A stretch of DNA of 64,000 nucleotides from a virus: positions 1-64,000 of IMG/VR virus record IMGVR_UViG_3300028608_000007. One strand, 5' to 3'. This document shows, in pieces, positions 55,344 through 64,000 of the stretch. The notes below the pieces were generated by a model. It was not told the DNA's origin. It ran no database searches and saw only the letters and a program-made list of their open reading frames with translations. Each line of letters opens with the position of its first letter. The first letter of the stretch is position 1. The position numbers were made by a program, and so were the translations under genes.

Positions 55344-57527
55344 TTACGGTTGCTCTTGAGTGGCAACAACGATTTTGTTGGTGAGAACTTTGTCCAACCC
55401 CTTCACTTTGATCACTGCCATGGCTGGCAGGTGGTTGATGTGGAGGTTACGCGGTTGCACCATGGCTTCTGGGTAGGTGCCGCCGTCACGCTGAACCATC
55501 ATGCTGGAAGCCAGCTCAGGAATCCACGCGTGCACACCGAAGGTGAGCGGGTCGATGCCTTCGGATTGACCCATGCGGGTCAGACCGATGATGATGGTGT
55601 CCTTCATACGGAAGTCGAAGGAGGACTCGATTTGGTACTCTGGGAACGCGATACCGAAGGTGCGGCTGTCGCCGACAACCATCAGGTGACGTTGCAGAAC
55701 CACGTCGGTACCGATCAGCAGCTTCGGCTGTTGCGAGCCAGTTACGGCAGCGTTCAGCGCAGGCTGGTAGCCGGTGTCGCGGTACATGCGGTAGGACACG
55801 TCACGAATGGCGTTAACCAGGATGGCGTTGATGTCCTGGGCACGGTCCATGTCACGGATGGAGTTGATCTCTTGCTCCAGATCGATTTCCTTCTCTTCGA
55901 AGAAAGGTTTGATCAGGAAGCGACCAACACCTTCCACTTCAGGGATGGTGTCCTGGCGTTTCACGGCCTTGGCGTACGACTTCAGGGTTTCTGCGTAGTT
56001 CAACAGGCGGGTAACCGCGTTGTTGGTGTTACGCACGCGCACGGCGTTGATCAGCATTTCCAGGTCGCGAGCGTCGCGGTTCGAACCGGCCGGGGAAGGC
56101 GCGGAGATCGGAGCACCCAGCGGGATGTGGAAACGGAAGGTGCGATCGTTGGTATCCAGCAGCAGACCACGAGTACGACGGTTGCTGTTGGTACGAGCGG
56201 CCTTCAGATCGTAAGCAACGACCTTGGCGTCTTTCAGGGACAGCACGATTGGAGCACCAGCGCCGGAGACCAGGCTGATTTCTTTGCCGTCAGCATCGAT
56301 GATGCTGTCAACGGTTACAGGCGAGCTGTAAACGCGACCGTTGCCGAGCTGGGTGTCGAAGTCGCCGTTCAGGTTCACAGCCAGGCGTACGGTGACGTTG
56401 GCAGTGGTGATGGCGGCCAGCAGGGTCGGAGCAACACCAGCGGTGGTGAGAGTGTCTTTGTCCAGGACCAGGTCAGCGGTCTTGAAGTTCAGGTTCATCT
56501 CACGGTTGGCGCCTTCAACCGACTTCACGAAGTGGCTGCGGGCCAGACGGCTGGTCACGTACTTCACAGCTTCGCCGTCGGCGAGCTGGATGTAGATGTT
56601 TTCCAGACCGATCGAGTTGTCGATCGCGTCGGTGTGGTCGATGATGCCAGCGCCGATCAGACCTGGGTGCTGCGACAGGCCCAGCAGGTTCAGCTCGACG
56701 TTGATGGCCAGAGGCGCGGTCGGTACGTCGATGTTCGAGATGCGGCGAACGGTCGGAGCGACCAGTGCGGCGTCGATGAACTTGTCAGCGTTGCCGCCGT
56801 TGGCGAGAACGACTGGGATCAGGCTGGTGGATTCGTCGGCCAGGATTTTGTGGTCCATGGCAGCTTCGACCAGGTTCTTACGGTTCCAGTCAGTCACCTT
56901 ACCGGTGTTGCTGTGCTGGATGGCGTTGTGAACCAGGGTACGGCGAACGGTGATGTCCAGGCCACCTTGCTCCGGCGGTACGACAGTAGTCGGGTACCAC
57001 ATTTCGGAGAAGCTGTCTTGAACAGCCGCTTTCACGTTGAAGACGATGGAGTAAGGCAGGAACTTGGCCAGCTCACGTTCGTCGAACGATTCCAGGGAAG
57101 GAGTGTCACGGGTGTCAACGACACCAGCAGCACCGCTCGAACCGATGTCAACAACGTTGTCACCGGAAGCCTGGGAACGCATGGCGACTTCGGCGTATTC
57201 GGCCGGGTTACCAGCAGCCATTGCGGCGATCGCACCGGCTTGCAGTTGGGTGTCGGTCAGGTCTTCTTCGCCGTCGTCTTCGCCTTCACCGTCTTCCAGG
57301 GAAGGGCGCAGGGCTGCGAAAGCGTCTTTGATCTCACGACCGATGTCCTTGGCGCGGCGGTCCAGTTCAGCGAACTGGCCTTCGTCCAGGGACTCCATGG
57401 AGATCAGTTGACCGGTGATGTCCTTGGAAGCAATGTCCGTGCCTTGGGTAGCGATGGTCTGACGCAGGGCAGACAGGACGTTGTTCAGAGGCGAACCAGC
57501 AGAGCCTTTGAATTTCAGAAATGACAT
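55344..57527 (-). CDS. Major capsid protein (phiKZ gp120-like)
   Basis: 727 aa, strongly biased codons, N-terminal propeptide with ISME/PSLE sites, YPT.VV.PEQGG motif; synteny with DnaB and nvRNAP. Confidence 0.85.
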   Translation of the reverse strand: MSFLKFKGSAGSPLNNVLSALRQTIATQGTDIASKDITGQLISMESLDEGQFAELDRRAKDIGREIKDAFAALRPSLEDGEGEDDGEEDLTDTQLQAGAIAAMAAGNPAEYAEVAMRSQASGDNVVDIGSSGAAGVVDTRDTPSLESFDERELAKFLPYSIVFNVKAAVQDSFSEMWYPTTVVPPEQGGLDITVRRTLVHNAIQHSNTGKVTDWNRKNLVEAAMDHKILADESTSLIPVVLANGGNADKFIDAALVAPTVRRISNIDVPTAPLAINVELNLLGLSQHPGLIGAGIIDHTDAIDNSIGLENIYIQLADGEAVKYVTSRLARSHFVKSVEGANREMNLNFKTADLVLDKDTLTTAGVAPTLLAAITTANVTVRLAVNLNGDFDTQLGNGRVYSSPVTVDSIIDADGKEISLVSGAGAPIVLSLKDAKVVAYDLKAARTNSNRRTRGLLLDTNDRTFRFHIPLGAPISAPSPAGSNRDARDLEMLINAVRVRNTNNAVTRLLNYAETLKSYAKAVKRQDTIPEVEGVGRFLIKPFFEEKEIDLEQEINSIRDMDRAQDINAILVNAIRDVSYRMYRDTGYQPALNAAVTGSQQPKLLIGTDVVLQRHLMVVGDSRTFGIAFPEYQIESSFDFRMKDTIIIGLTRMGQSEGIDPLTFGVHAWIPELASSMMVQRDGGTYPEAMVQPRNLHINHLPAMAVIKVKGLDKVLTNKIVVATQEQP

Positions 57528-57696
57528 ATCGATGTGTCCTTTTTACTTTCACGAAAGTACAAGTGGGGTGGAATCGGCACGCTGCCTTACCAGTTGCGAC
57601 TAAACAACGGTATCGGTTATAGCTGCTATATAATTAAACATTTACAGCAAACCGAGTTGCAGAGTCATTGAAACATAAAATACGTATTTACGTACT

Positions 57697-58239
57697 TCAA
57701 GGTTTACCGAGAGAATTTAAGTACTCCCGGAAGAAGTCGGAACGGGCGACGTTAGCCAACCCAGTAGCGATAACCCAACGGGTCATCAGCTCGTCCAAGA
57801 AGGTCTCTCCGTTGACATAGGGAGATTCGCCCATCTGTCCTAAGATAGGTGTAACAATTAACGTATCAGATTCGACTGACTTAACGGTGAGTGTGTACTC
57901 ATCGTTGGTTGTATCGTCACGACCCAGCCAGGCTTCATCAGCATTGTAGCCTTGAGCAGCCTTGGCGCGCATGTAGTCAACGATCTGACTGATCTTGCGA
58001 TACCTATCTTCTGAACCCTTCGGAGGGTCACACAGAAGTAAGGTGCAGGTCGACGGGAAGGTCTCTGCAAAGGCACGAGTGAACAGTGCTTCACGCTTCT
58101 CGTTGAGCAGGACATATTTGGCTACATCCTCAGGGGATAGTATAGCCTGCAACTGGTGGAAGTCGTTGACCGTTGCCAGATCGACTTTAGCGTATTCCAG
58201 GGCTTTCATAAGCCACAGGGGTACCAAGACTACTCTCAT
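57697..58239 (-). CDS. Putative virion protein (phiKZ gp119-like)
   Basis: 180 aa between capsid and helicase genes. Confidence 0.55.
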   Translation of the reverse strand: MRVVLVPLWLMKALEYAKVDLATVNDFHQLQAILSPEDVAKYVLLNEKREALFTRAFAETFPSTCTLLLCDPPKGSEDRYRKISQIVDYMRAKAAQGYNADEAWLGRDDTTNDEYTLTVKSVESDTLIVTPILGQMGESPYVNGETFLDELMTRWVIATGLANVARSDFFREYLNSLGKP

Positions 58240-58269
58240 TTATACAGACTCCGCGTTAGGAAAACCGTG

Positions 58270-59820
58270 ATGGATGAAAAACTGCTATTGATACAGGTGA
58301 TCACTCTCCTGTATCGAGAAAGCCAACTGGAGACTCGGAACTCAAACTCGAGCGAGTTGGCTGCCTCTGTTGTGGCCACTGTCCGTATCCCAGAAACGGC
58401 AATGGAGGCCGACCGCGGACGTGAATCGCTCAAGGCTCTGAGAAACACCGCATTGGCGATGATCTCTAATCCTCCGAGCCAGGATTATGACAGGACTATC
58501 CTGCTTCAAAAGATACGTGTAAACGTTGGGGACGAGGACGAGCTGTATCAAGCGTTCGAAGCTGCAACTCACCCCATCGAAAACGAAATCTGGTTGAAGA
58601 AGGCGATCCTCGAGTATCGTGCTGAACTGAACGCGTACATGAACCGCGCACAGATCACCGAGATCTTGAAGCAAGCGTATTCAGCGTCCACCTTTAATCC
58701 CCACAGTGTTGACTGGAAGAATTTCGTCCACGACATTATGGGTAACCTTGAACCGCTGGCTCAAATGCAGACAGTGGAACAGAACCCTGCGATTGTAGGC
58801 TCTGTAGACCTCGATGACGACGAAGCTGTGATGGCCCTGATGAACCAGGCGCAGGAAGAGCTTTCGACCAATGGCGTGCTTCGTACGGGCTGGCAGGGCG
58901 TTAACCGGATGTGTGGTGACCAGGACGGCTTCCGTCGTGGTGAGTTCATCCTGCTGGGTGCGCTGCAACACAACTTTAAAACTGGTTTTACGCTGAACCT
59001 GTTTAAACAGTTCGGCTTGTACAACCGACCGTACATGCGTGACCCGTCGAAGAAACCACTGCTCCTGCACATTTCCGCAGAGAACAACCTCATCGACAAC
59101 GTCATGCAACTCTACGTCTCTATTAAGGAGAACGAAACAGGCGAAGCAGTGTCGATCCGTGGCGTGGATCAGAAAGAGGCTGCTGCGTACGTTAAGAGCC
59201 GCATGATGGGTAACGGCTACCACATCCGCATGTTGCGAGTGGACCCGTCTCTATTCAGCTACCGCGACCTGTTCGACTTGATCACCAAGTACGAGTCGGA
59301 AGGTTTCGAAGTTCACTGCTGTGTGTTCGACTACCTGAACATGATCTCGAAGAAGGGCTGCCAACAAGGTCCTCACGGCTTCGAGACACGCGACCTCGTA
59401 CGTCGTGTGCGTAACTTCACTGCACCCCGTGGCATTACCTTCATTACTCCCCATCAGCTCTCTACGCAAGCCAAAGAGCTGGTACGGCAACAGATCGAGA
59501 ACTTCGTTCAAGAGATTGCCAACAAAGGCTACTACGACTCCTGCCGAACGGTCGACCAAGAGGTTGACATGGAGATCACGATTCACATCGAGAAATTCAA
59601 CGGCGAGAGCTACCTCACTATCCAACGCGGTAAACACCGTAAGGTTACGATCACCCCTGAGAAAGATCTGTACTGCGTTCTGAAGTTCGAGAAGATTGGT
59701 AACATCCCTGACGACTACGGTAAAGCAGACCGCACCCTTAAGAAAGTGGGCGGGCGACCAGAGTCGGATGGTGGCAACGCAAACGTCTGGTGGGATTCGC
59801 ACGAGAAGATGGCTGCATAG
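58270..59820 (+). CDS. dnaB: DnaB-like replicative helicase (phiKZ gp118-like)
   Basis: LRTGWQGVNRM..GFRRGE..LLGALQHNFKT Walker A region, VFDYLNM, PHQLS motifs. Confidence 0.9.
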   Translation: MDEKLLLIQVITLLYRESQLETRNSNSSELAASVVATVRIPETAMEADRGRESLKALRNTALAMISNPPSQDYDRTILLQKIRVNVGDEDELYQAFEAATHPIENEIWLKKAILEYRAELNAYMNRAQITEILKQAYSASTFNPHSVDWKNFVHDIMGNLEPLAQMQTVEQNPAIVGSVDLDDDEAVMALMNQAQEELSTNGVLRTGWQGVNRMCGDQDGFRRGEFILLGALQHNFKTGFTLNLFKQFGLYNRPYMRDPSKKPLLLHISAENNLIDNVMQLYVSIKENETGEAVSIRGVDQKEAAAYVKSRMMGNGYHIRMLRVDPSLFSYRDLFDLITKYESEGFEVHCCVFDYLNMISKKGCQQGPHGFETRDLVRRVRNFTAPRGITFITPHQLSTQAKELVRQQIENFVQEIANKGYYDSCRTVDQEVDMEITIHIEKFNGESYLTIQRGKHRKVTITPEKDLYCVLKFEKIGNIPDDYGKADRTLKKVGGRPESDGGNANVWWDSHEKMAA

Positions 59821-59860
59821 GCCAAAACAAGCAAAAAAAAAAGAGTCTAACGCGGACTCA

Positions 59861-59903
59861 GAGTGAGAGAGCCGAAGCTCTCTCACTCACCCTTATTATG
59901 CCC
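59861..59903. terminator. Hairpin + TTATGCC between convergent genes
   Basis: GAGTGAGAGAGC-CGAA-GCTCTCTCACTC 12-bp stem. Confidence 0.7.
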
Positions 59904-60237
59904 CTTCTTTTCCGAGCTGCATGTGCAACGCGAAGTAGGCTTGGCGCACAGCGTCTTCAAACGTGTGAGACCAGACCGTTACTTCTTCGCCGTCTTCTTC
60001 TACCGGAAGGCAGGTGATCTGAACGATGCGATCAACTTCCAACATGGCGTGAACCACGTCGTCGGACAACCCAGCAACCGTTTGCAGATGCTCAACGGCA
60101 TCTTCAATGGTGGACTTGGGATTGTCACGGTGTTCATTGATCAGGATGGTCACAGAGCCCGAGGTGAGATCCTGGATGTCAGCCAGCATCAATTCCAGAG
60201 TCAGTTCGGCTTCTTCTGGTGCACTGTTATCCATCAT
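59896..60237 (-). CDS. Hypothetical early protein
   Basis: 113 aa, acidic, overlaps upstream gene by 4 nt. Confidence 0.6.
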   Translation of the reverse strand: MMDNSAPEEAELTLELMLADIQDLTSGSVTILINEHRDNPKSTIEDAVEHLQTVAGLSDDVVHAMLEVDRIVQITCLPVEEDGEEVTVWSHTFEDAVRQAYFALHMQLGKEGA

Positions 60238-60608
60238 TCTTCGGCACTCGCTTGACGGACTACGGTGGGACGCATGAAGATGTCCTCGAGGTAGTCATTG
60301 GTTTCTTGCATTTCTTTCAGCGTGGCCGAACGAGTGAGGTACTCGAGTACCCGGAAGGTGACCTGGAAAGTTTCACCGTCTTCTTCACCACGAACGTGAT
60401 AGCCCATGTGACGAAGCTTCTTGATCATGCCAGCAATGCTGACGTCCTTGATACGGTCGGTTTTGGTAACCCCTTCCCGCAGTTCGCTACGAGTGAACTC
60501 GATGGTGATGTCGCTGGTGACGCCCAGCTTGATCAGGAGTTCGAAGCGATCGCAGATCAGGGAGTTGATGTGGTCGGCCAGGTCTTTGGTTTTAACAGCT
60601 ACGGACAT
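60234..60608 (-). CDS. Hypothetical early protein
   Basis: 124 aa, AAGGA RBS. Confidence 0.65.
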   Translation of the reverse strand: MSVAVKTKDLADHINSLICDRFELLIKLGVTSDITIEFTRSELREGVTKTDRIKDVSIAGMIKKLRHMGYHVRGEEDGETFQVTFRVLEYLTRSATLKEMQETNDYLEDIFMRPTVVRQASAEE

Positions 60609-60629
60609 TACTTACTTTCCTTCTGAGGA

Positions 60630-60926
60630 TTATTTCTTAGGTTCTAGGACAACGATCTCGGTGCCCCGTTTTATTTTCAGGGCGTAGTTCCCTGGGATGA
60701 AACACAATGCTTCACTACTGGACGTAGCTTTAGCCCGGCGAGGAACACCGGTTTGTTCTGATAGGACTTCGATCACAGTAGTGACCGTACGCATCATTGC
60801 ACCTTGCGGTAACAACATGTAGTACGTTTCTTGGATCGTGCCGTATCGCGCGTGGTTAGAGCAAGAAGCTCTAACCCATTCGTTACGAGGAAAACTTCCG
60901 TTATCCTCCTTACCTGCCTCGTTCAC
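60630..60926 (-). CDS. Hypothetical early protein
   Basis: 98 aa, overlaps upstream gene by 4 nt. Confidence 0.55.
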   Translation of the reverse strand: MNEAGKEDNGSFPRNEWVRASCSNHARYGTIQETYYMLLPQGAMMRTVTTVIEVLSEQTGVPRRAKATSSSEALCFIPGNYALKIKRGTEIVVLEPKK

Positions 60927-61201
60927 TCGCCACGGCCTGGGTAGTGGGCAACCAGTTCGTACAGCTCAACTGGTTTCTCGTCGATTGCCAGTTCAGTTGG
61001 AATCACCGGAACGACCTTGACGTTGGGAACGTAGGTCATGCTGGTCATCACCGAACGGCTGTGATCGTAGGTGTCTACTGGACCGGTAATGGTATCGCGG
61101 ACCAGAGCCCCGTAGCCGACAGCCATTGCTTCGGTTTTGGATTTGGCCGTTTGGTCAATTACTACCCAGCCTTTCTTAACTTCGTTATTTACTTGAGACA
61201 T
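60923..61201 (-). CDS. Hypothetical early protein
   Basis: 92 aa, GGAGG RBS, first gene after promoter at 61268-61294. Confidence 0.65.
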   Translation of the reverse strand: MSQVNNEVKKGWVVIDQTAKSKTEAMAVGYGALVRDTITGPVDTYDHSRSVMTSMTYVPNVKVVPVIPTELAIDEKPVELYELVAHYPGRGE

Positions 61202-61267
61202 CGTTTACCTCCTAAGGTACTTAAGTTGTTGTAAACAGGTTTAGATTAGTCTAATCTGTTCACCTAG

Positions 61268-61294
61268 GTAATATACACTTGAGATTTGTTTCAA
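61268..61294 (-). promoter_or_regulatory. Putative phage early promoter
   Basis: Minus strand TTGAAAC-N7-AAGTGTATATTAC; contains the TATATTAC core reported for phiKZ early promoters. Confidence 0.72.
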
Positions 61295-61329
61295 TCGGTA
61301 TCTTTCTACTTTTCCCCTGTATGTCCCGA

Positions 61330-61840
61330 GTTTTGTAATTTCGTACATACCACACCTAAGTTAATGAGAGCGATATGATATCGCCTCACGGGGAATTAAT
61401 AACAACACGCAACTAGGATAACGTACCAATGGAAGCGCTAATACGCGATTACCAAGGAGCACGTCACCGGGGAGCTACAGGGTGGCGTAAATGGGCAATC
61501 GCATCGGTACAGTAAACGTAACACCCGCTACACCCGAAACACCAATCACTGCTGTAAAACCCCAAACGGGATGGCTAACTGAAAGTCTGGCTCTGGCGGT
61601 TGCAAGCTCTAACCTGCTTCGACACCCCCTGTGCTACGCGGATTTGAAACACCGCAGTTGTGAAACCAGCCAAACAGAACATGGTCGCTTTGTAGAGACG
61701 CCCCTGAGGCTCCACGAAGGAATGCTTCTGTCTATCTTGTCGGGTCCGCATCATCCGTTGCTAAGGCAAGCTTATGCAAATACCCGTAATTATGTGAGAG
61801 AGTTCCTCGAACTTTCACAACCGGTGTTCCCGTGGCCAAT
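61330..61840. ncRNA. Candidate structured non-coding RNA (family unknown)
   Basis: ORF-poor interval with a 16-bp long-range helix (61648-61665 with 61813-61828) and several nested hairpins. Confidence 0.4.
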
Positions 61841-61841
61841 G

Positions 61842-61912
61842 GGCATAAAAGCCCAAATGCTCTAGCATCCTTCTTCGGAGGGATGCTAGAGCAGTCACGG
61901 TTCTTTATGCCG
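61842..61912. terminator. Bidirectional hairpin flanked by GGCATAAAAG / CTTTATGCCG
   Basis: TGCTCTAGCATCC/GGATGCTAGAGCA stem (61858-61893) with TTCG loop. Confidence 0.75.
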
Positions 61913-62330
61913 TCAGCTTCTTTTTAGGGATGCCAGCGTGTGGGAACAGTCGCAGGGTAGTTGCGTACCCATAGGTGTTCCCACTATAACCGTGGGTCTT
62001 TGGTAGATGCACTTCGAACACTGTAACACCGCACTCCTTGAACTTACGCTCCAGATAGGAGCCCAAGGAGACGATGAGGTCAATCTCTTTGTGTTCTGCG
62101 GCCGAGTGTAGGTTGCCGTTCACCTCCATTTGAAAATATTGCTTCCTGGTTGCAAAACCATCGGCCTTCTTGTTGTAAGAAAAGAACCCTACAGCGTCCA
62201 TCCCCTGATGATTAGGGGCCTCTGCTAACAAGATGATCTTGGTGTTGTCGGTTAAAGCTAGGCCATCTCTACGCTCCACCGCTGCTTCAATGGTTGCCAT
62301 CTCGCGTACTCCATATCCCATTGATGACAA
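61905..62330 (-). CDS. Hypothetical protein
   Basis: 141-aa ORF ending at the terminator. Confidence 0.55.
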   Translation of the reverse strand: MSSMGYGVREMATIEAAVERRDGLALTDNTKIILLAEAPNHQGMDAVGFFSYNKKADGFATRKQYFQMEVNGNLHSAAEHKEIDLIVSLGSYLERKFKECGVTVFEVHLPKTHGYSGNTYGYATTLRLFPHAGIPKKKLTA

Positions 62331-62421
62331 GAGAAACTCGGGGAGTTTTTCTATTGTGTTAAGTGTTGGCAGTTACACCTCGGTTTTGTAATAGGGTGCT
62401 TCCTGCTCACACAATAGGGGT

Positions 62422-62916
62422 TTATGCCATCATTTGACTTTGAGCCCACAACGACTCTTGTTCACGTTTGGCAGGATCGTTAGATGGTTCAGTCACATTG
62501 AAGGTGATCTGATACAGCTTAACCGCGTTGTAGATAGTCGCAGCGGTGACTTCTGGGACTTCGAGTACCTTCATAGCCTCGAGCAATACCAGATCCGCCT
62601 GCGGCCTTGTAATGCGTTTAGGAACGCCGTCGACAGTGACCGACAGATACTCACAGAGAATGTCGTGAACTACCGCAGCCTGACCGTAAGCTCCCCATGG
62701 TGGAATGATCGACCAGAACGCCCGTGGTACCGAGGCACCGTCAGTCAGATAGCCCGCAGGAACATCGACCCACTGATTGCTACCCTTAGCCCCAAGGTAA
62801 TAGCGAAACCCCTTCATAACGCGCCAGTAGTCCTTACCGAGGCGTTTACTGGCTTCATGGTCGTAAGTAACCATCAGCTCAGCATCGAACTTTGTAAACC
62901 CTAGCAGTTGTGTCAT
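62422..62916 (-). CDS. DUF1353-family protein
   Basis: VPAGYLTDGASVP..FW..IPP.G.Y..AAVVHD.LC signature. Confidence 0.85.
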   Translation of the reverse strand: MTQLLGFTKFDAELMVTYDHEASKRLGKDYWRVMKGFRYYLGAKGSNQWVDVPAGYLTDGASVPRAFWSIIPPWGAYGQAAVVHDILCEYLSVTVDGVPKRITRPQADLVLLEAMKVLEVPEVTAATIYNAVKLYQITFNVTEPSNDPAKREQESLWAQSQMMA

Positions 62917-63055
62917 GTTAGCCCCATGCTTTATATAGCTCGTAGAGACTCCAGGTCACCACGAACGTGATAAACAAACTATGTCCCCAATAGAAGCTCA
63001 AGTCCCTTTTAGTCATTGGAACTTACCTCAATAATTACAGACATAAGAATGGGGC

Positions 63056-63087
63056 AAAAAAAAAAAGAGGGGCCGAAGCCCCCCTCT
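63056..63087 (-). terminator. Intrinsic terminator
   Basis: GC-rich stem with CGAA loop and 11-nt T-run on the minus strand. Confidence 0.7.
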
Positions 63088-63088
63088 G

Positions 63089-63478
63089 TCAATGTACCGT
63101 AGTCGGCGCGTAGAACACACGTTCACCTTGGCGGTATTCCTGCAAGTGCAGGCGTTTCCACGGGATCACGTTTCCAGCTTCCATTTGCTCGAGCAACTCA
63201 GGGTTGGTGTTATGCAGCGAGATCGGATTGCCGTAAGGCTTGAGTGCCTCAACCAGCGCAGGGTCCGTCATTACTTCCAACGACACCTTGCGACGGTTCT
63301 TGACCTCACGGGAGGTCGTGATGCGATCGATGAGTCCGAGCTGTTGAAATTTGATGTTGAAATACACGTATCCACCGGACGCTTTCTTCACCGCCACATA
63401 CGGCAGGTTAGGATCGAACATTCCAGTTTCAATACCCACGGGAACTGCCACTTCACGGCGCAGACTAAGCAGGCTCAT
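63089..63478 (-). CDS. Hypothetical protein
   Basis: 129 aa, overlaps the DHFR 3' end. Confidence 0.6.
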   Translation of the reverse strand: MSLLSLRREVAVPVGIETGMFDPNLPYVAVKKASGGYVYFNIKFQQLGLIDRITTSREVKNRRKVSLEVMTDPALVEALKPYGNPISLHNTNPELLEQMEAGNVIPWKRLHLQEYRQGERVFYAPTTVH

Positions 63479-64000
63479 CTTTGATCACCTTTCGTTCCAA
63501 TACGTTAATGTCGAATTTAACATCCTGGGTGTGGAATGTGATATCCCACTCCAGGGGATTCCATTCGGGAAAATACGTATCGCACTGGTAAGTACCGTGG
63601 ACAGTGGTCAAGCACATCTCCTCGACCAAATCCTTTTCCAGTACCTCAGCGTAAAGCTGTGCCCCTCCAATTACCACGGGGTTGCCTAAATCAACCCCAA
63701 GTGCGCGACTCCAATTTTCCCTTACGGCATCGCAAAGCTGGAACGCATGTTCCAGATCACGAGCCACATACAGCCCGAAGCGCAGGTAGTCTCTGACGTA
63801 GTCTTTCCCCGACAATACGATCAGAGCCCGGCCTGGTAGCAACGGTTGTTTCTCACTGCCCCACGATTCATCTGCGGGGAGCTTCTTACGCGCGATCAGG
63901 GAGTCGACGGTCTTACTCCCAGCGATCACGATTTTCCCGTAGGTGTAGTTGTAGAAGTTTCTCAAGTCTTCTGGACATTCCCACGGGAGATTATTGTTGA
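63465..64000 (-). CDS. folA: Dihydrofolate reductase (5' end outside window)
   Basis: NNLPWECPEDL.NF at the window edge, VIGGAQLY, LT.V.G...CDTYFP motifs. Confidence 0.88.
   Translation of the reverse strand, partial: NNNLPWECPEDLRNFYNYTYGKIVIAGSKTVDSLIARKKLPADESWGSEKQPLLPGRALIVLSGKDYVRDYLRFGLYVARDLEHAFQLCDAVRENWSRALGVDLGNPVVIGGAQLYAEVLEKDLVEEMCLTTVHGTYQCDTYFPEWNPLEWDITFHTQDVKFDINVLERKVIKDEPA

Noticed and set aside
55314-57524. 736-aa plus-strand ORF
   Set aside because: Antisense shadow of the major capsid gene caused by strong codon bias; no motifs or RBS
57668-57691. TTGAAAC followed by an AT-rich stretch as a fourth early promoter
   Set aside because: Spacing and core do not match the other copies
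61491-61865. 124-aa plus-strand ORF
   Set aside because: No clear RBS or motifs, and its stop falls inside the terminator stem; not called as a CDS but not excluded

Overview
This window is part of a phiKZ-like (Chimalliviridae-type) jumbo phage genome. It carries split RNA polymerase subunits, a UvsX/RecA-like recombinase, RNase H, SbcC, RuvC, DnaB, DHFR, the major capsid protein, portal, baseplate spike plus PAAR tip, tail fibres, endolysin and spanins. phiKZ gp numbers are from recalled similarity and synteny, not from a search. The standout element is an 11.4-kb, 15-gene locus (24885-36273) between the tail-fibre genes and the endolysin. It encodes six radical SAM enzymes, a JmjC/cupin hydroxylase, three 2OG-Fe(II)-oxygenase-like proteins, four unknown proteins and a 184-aa candidate substrate ending in CHTSCHDNCHCARGRR. 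I interpret it as a phage-encoded, RiPP-like protein hypermodification system, possibly acting on a tail-tip protein; this is inference. Also notable are a candidate ~500-nt structured non-coding RNA (about 61330-61840), a recurrent hairpin+TATGCC terminator-like motif, three copies of an early-promoter motif, and several repeat or low-complexity protein modules. I saw no tRNA, rRNA, CRISPR array or transposase by eye.
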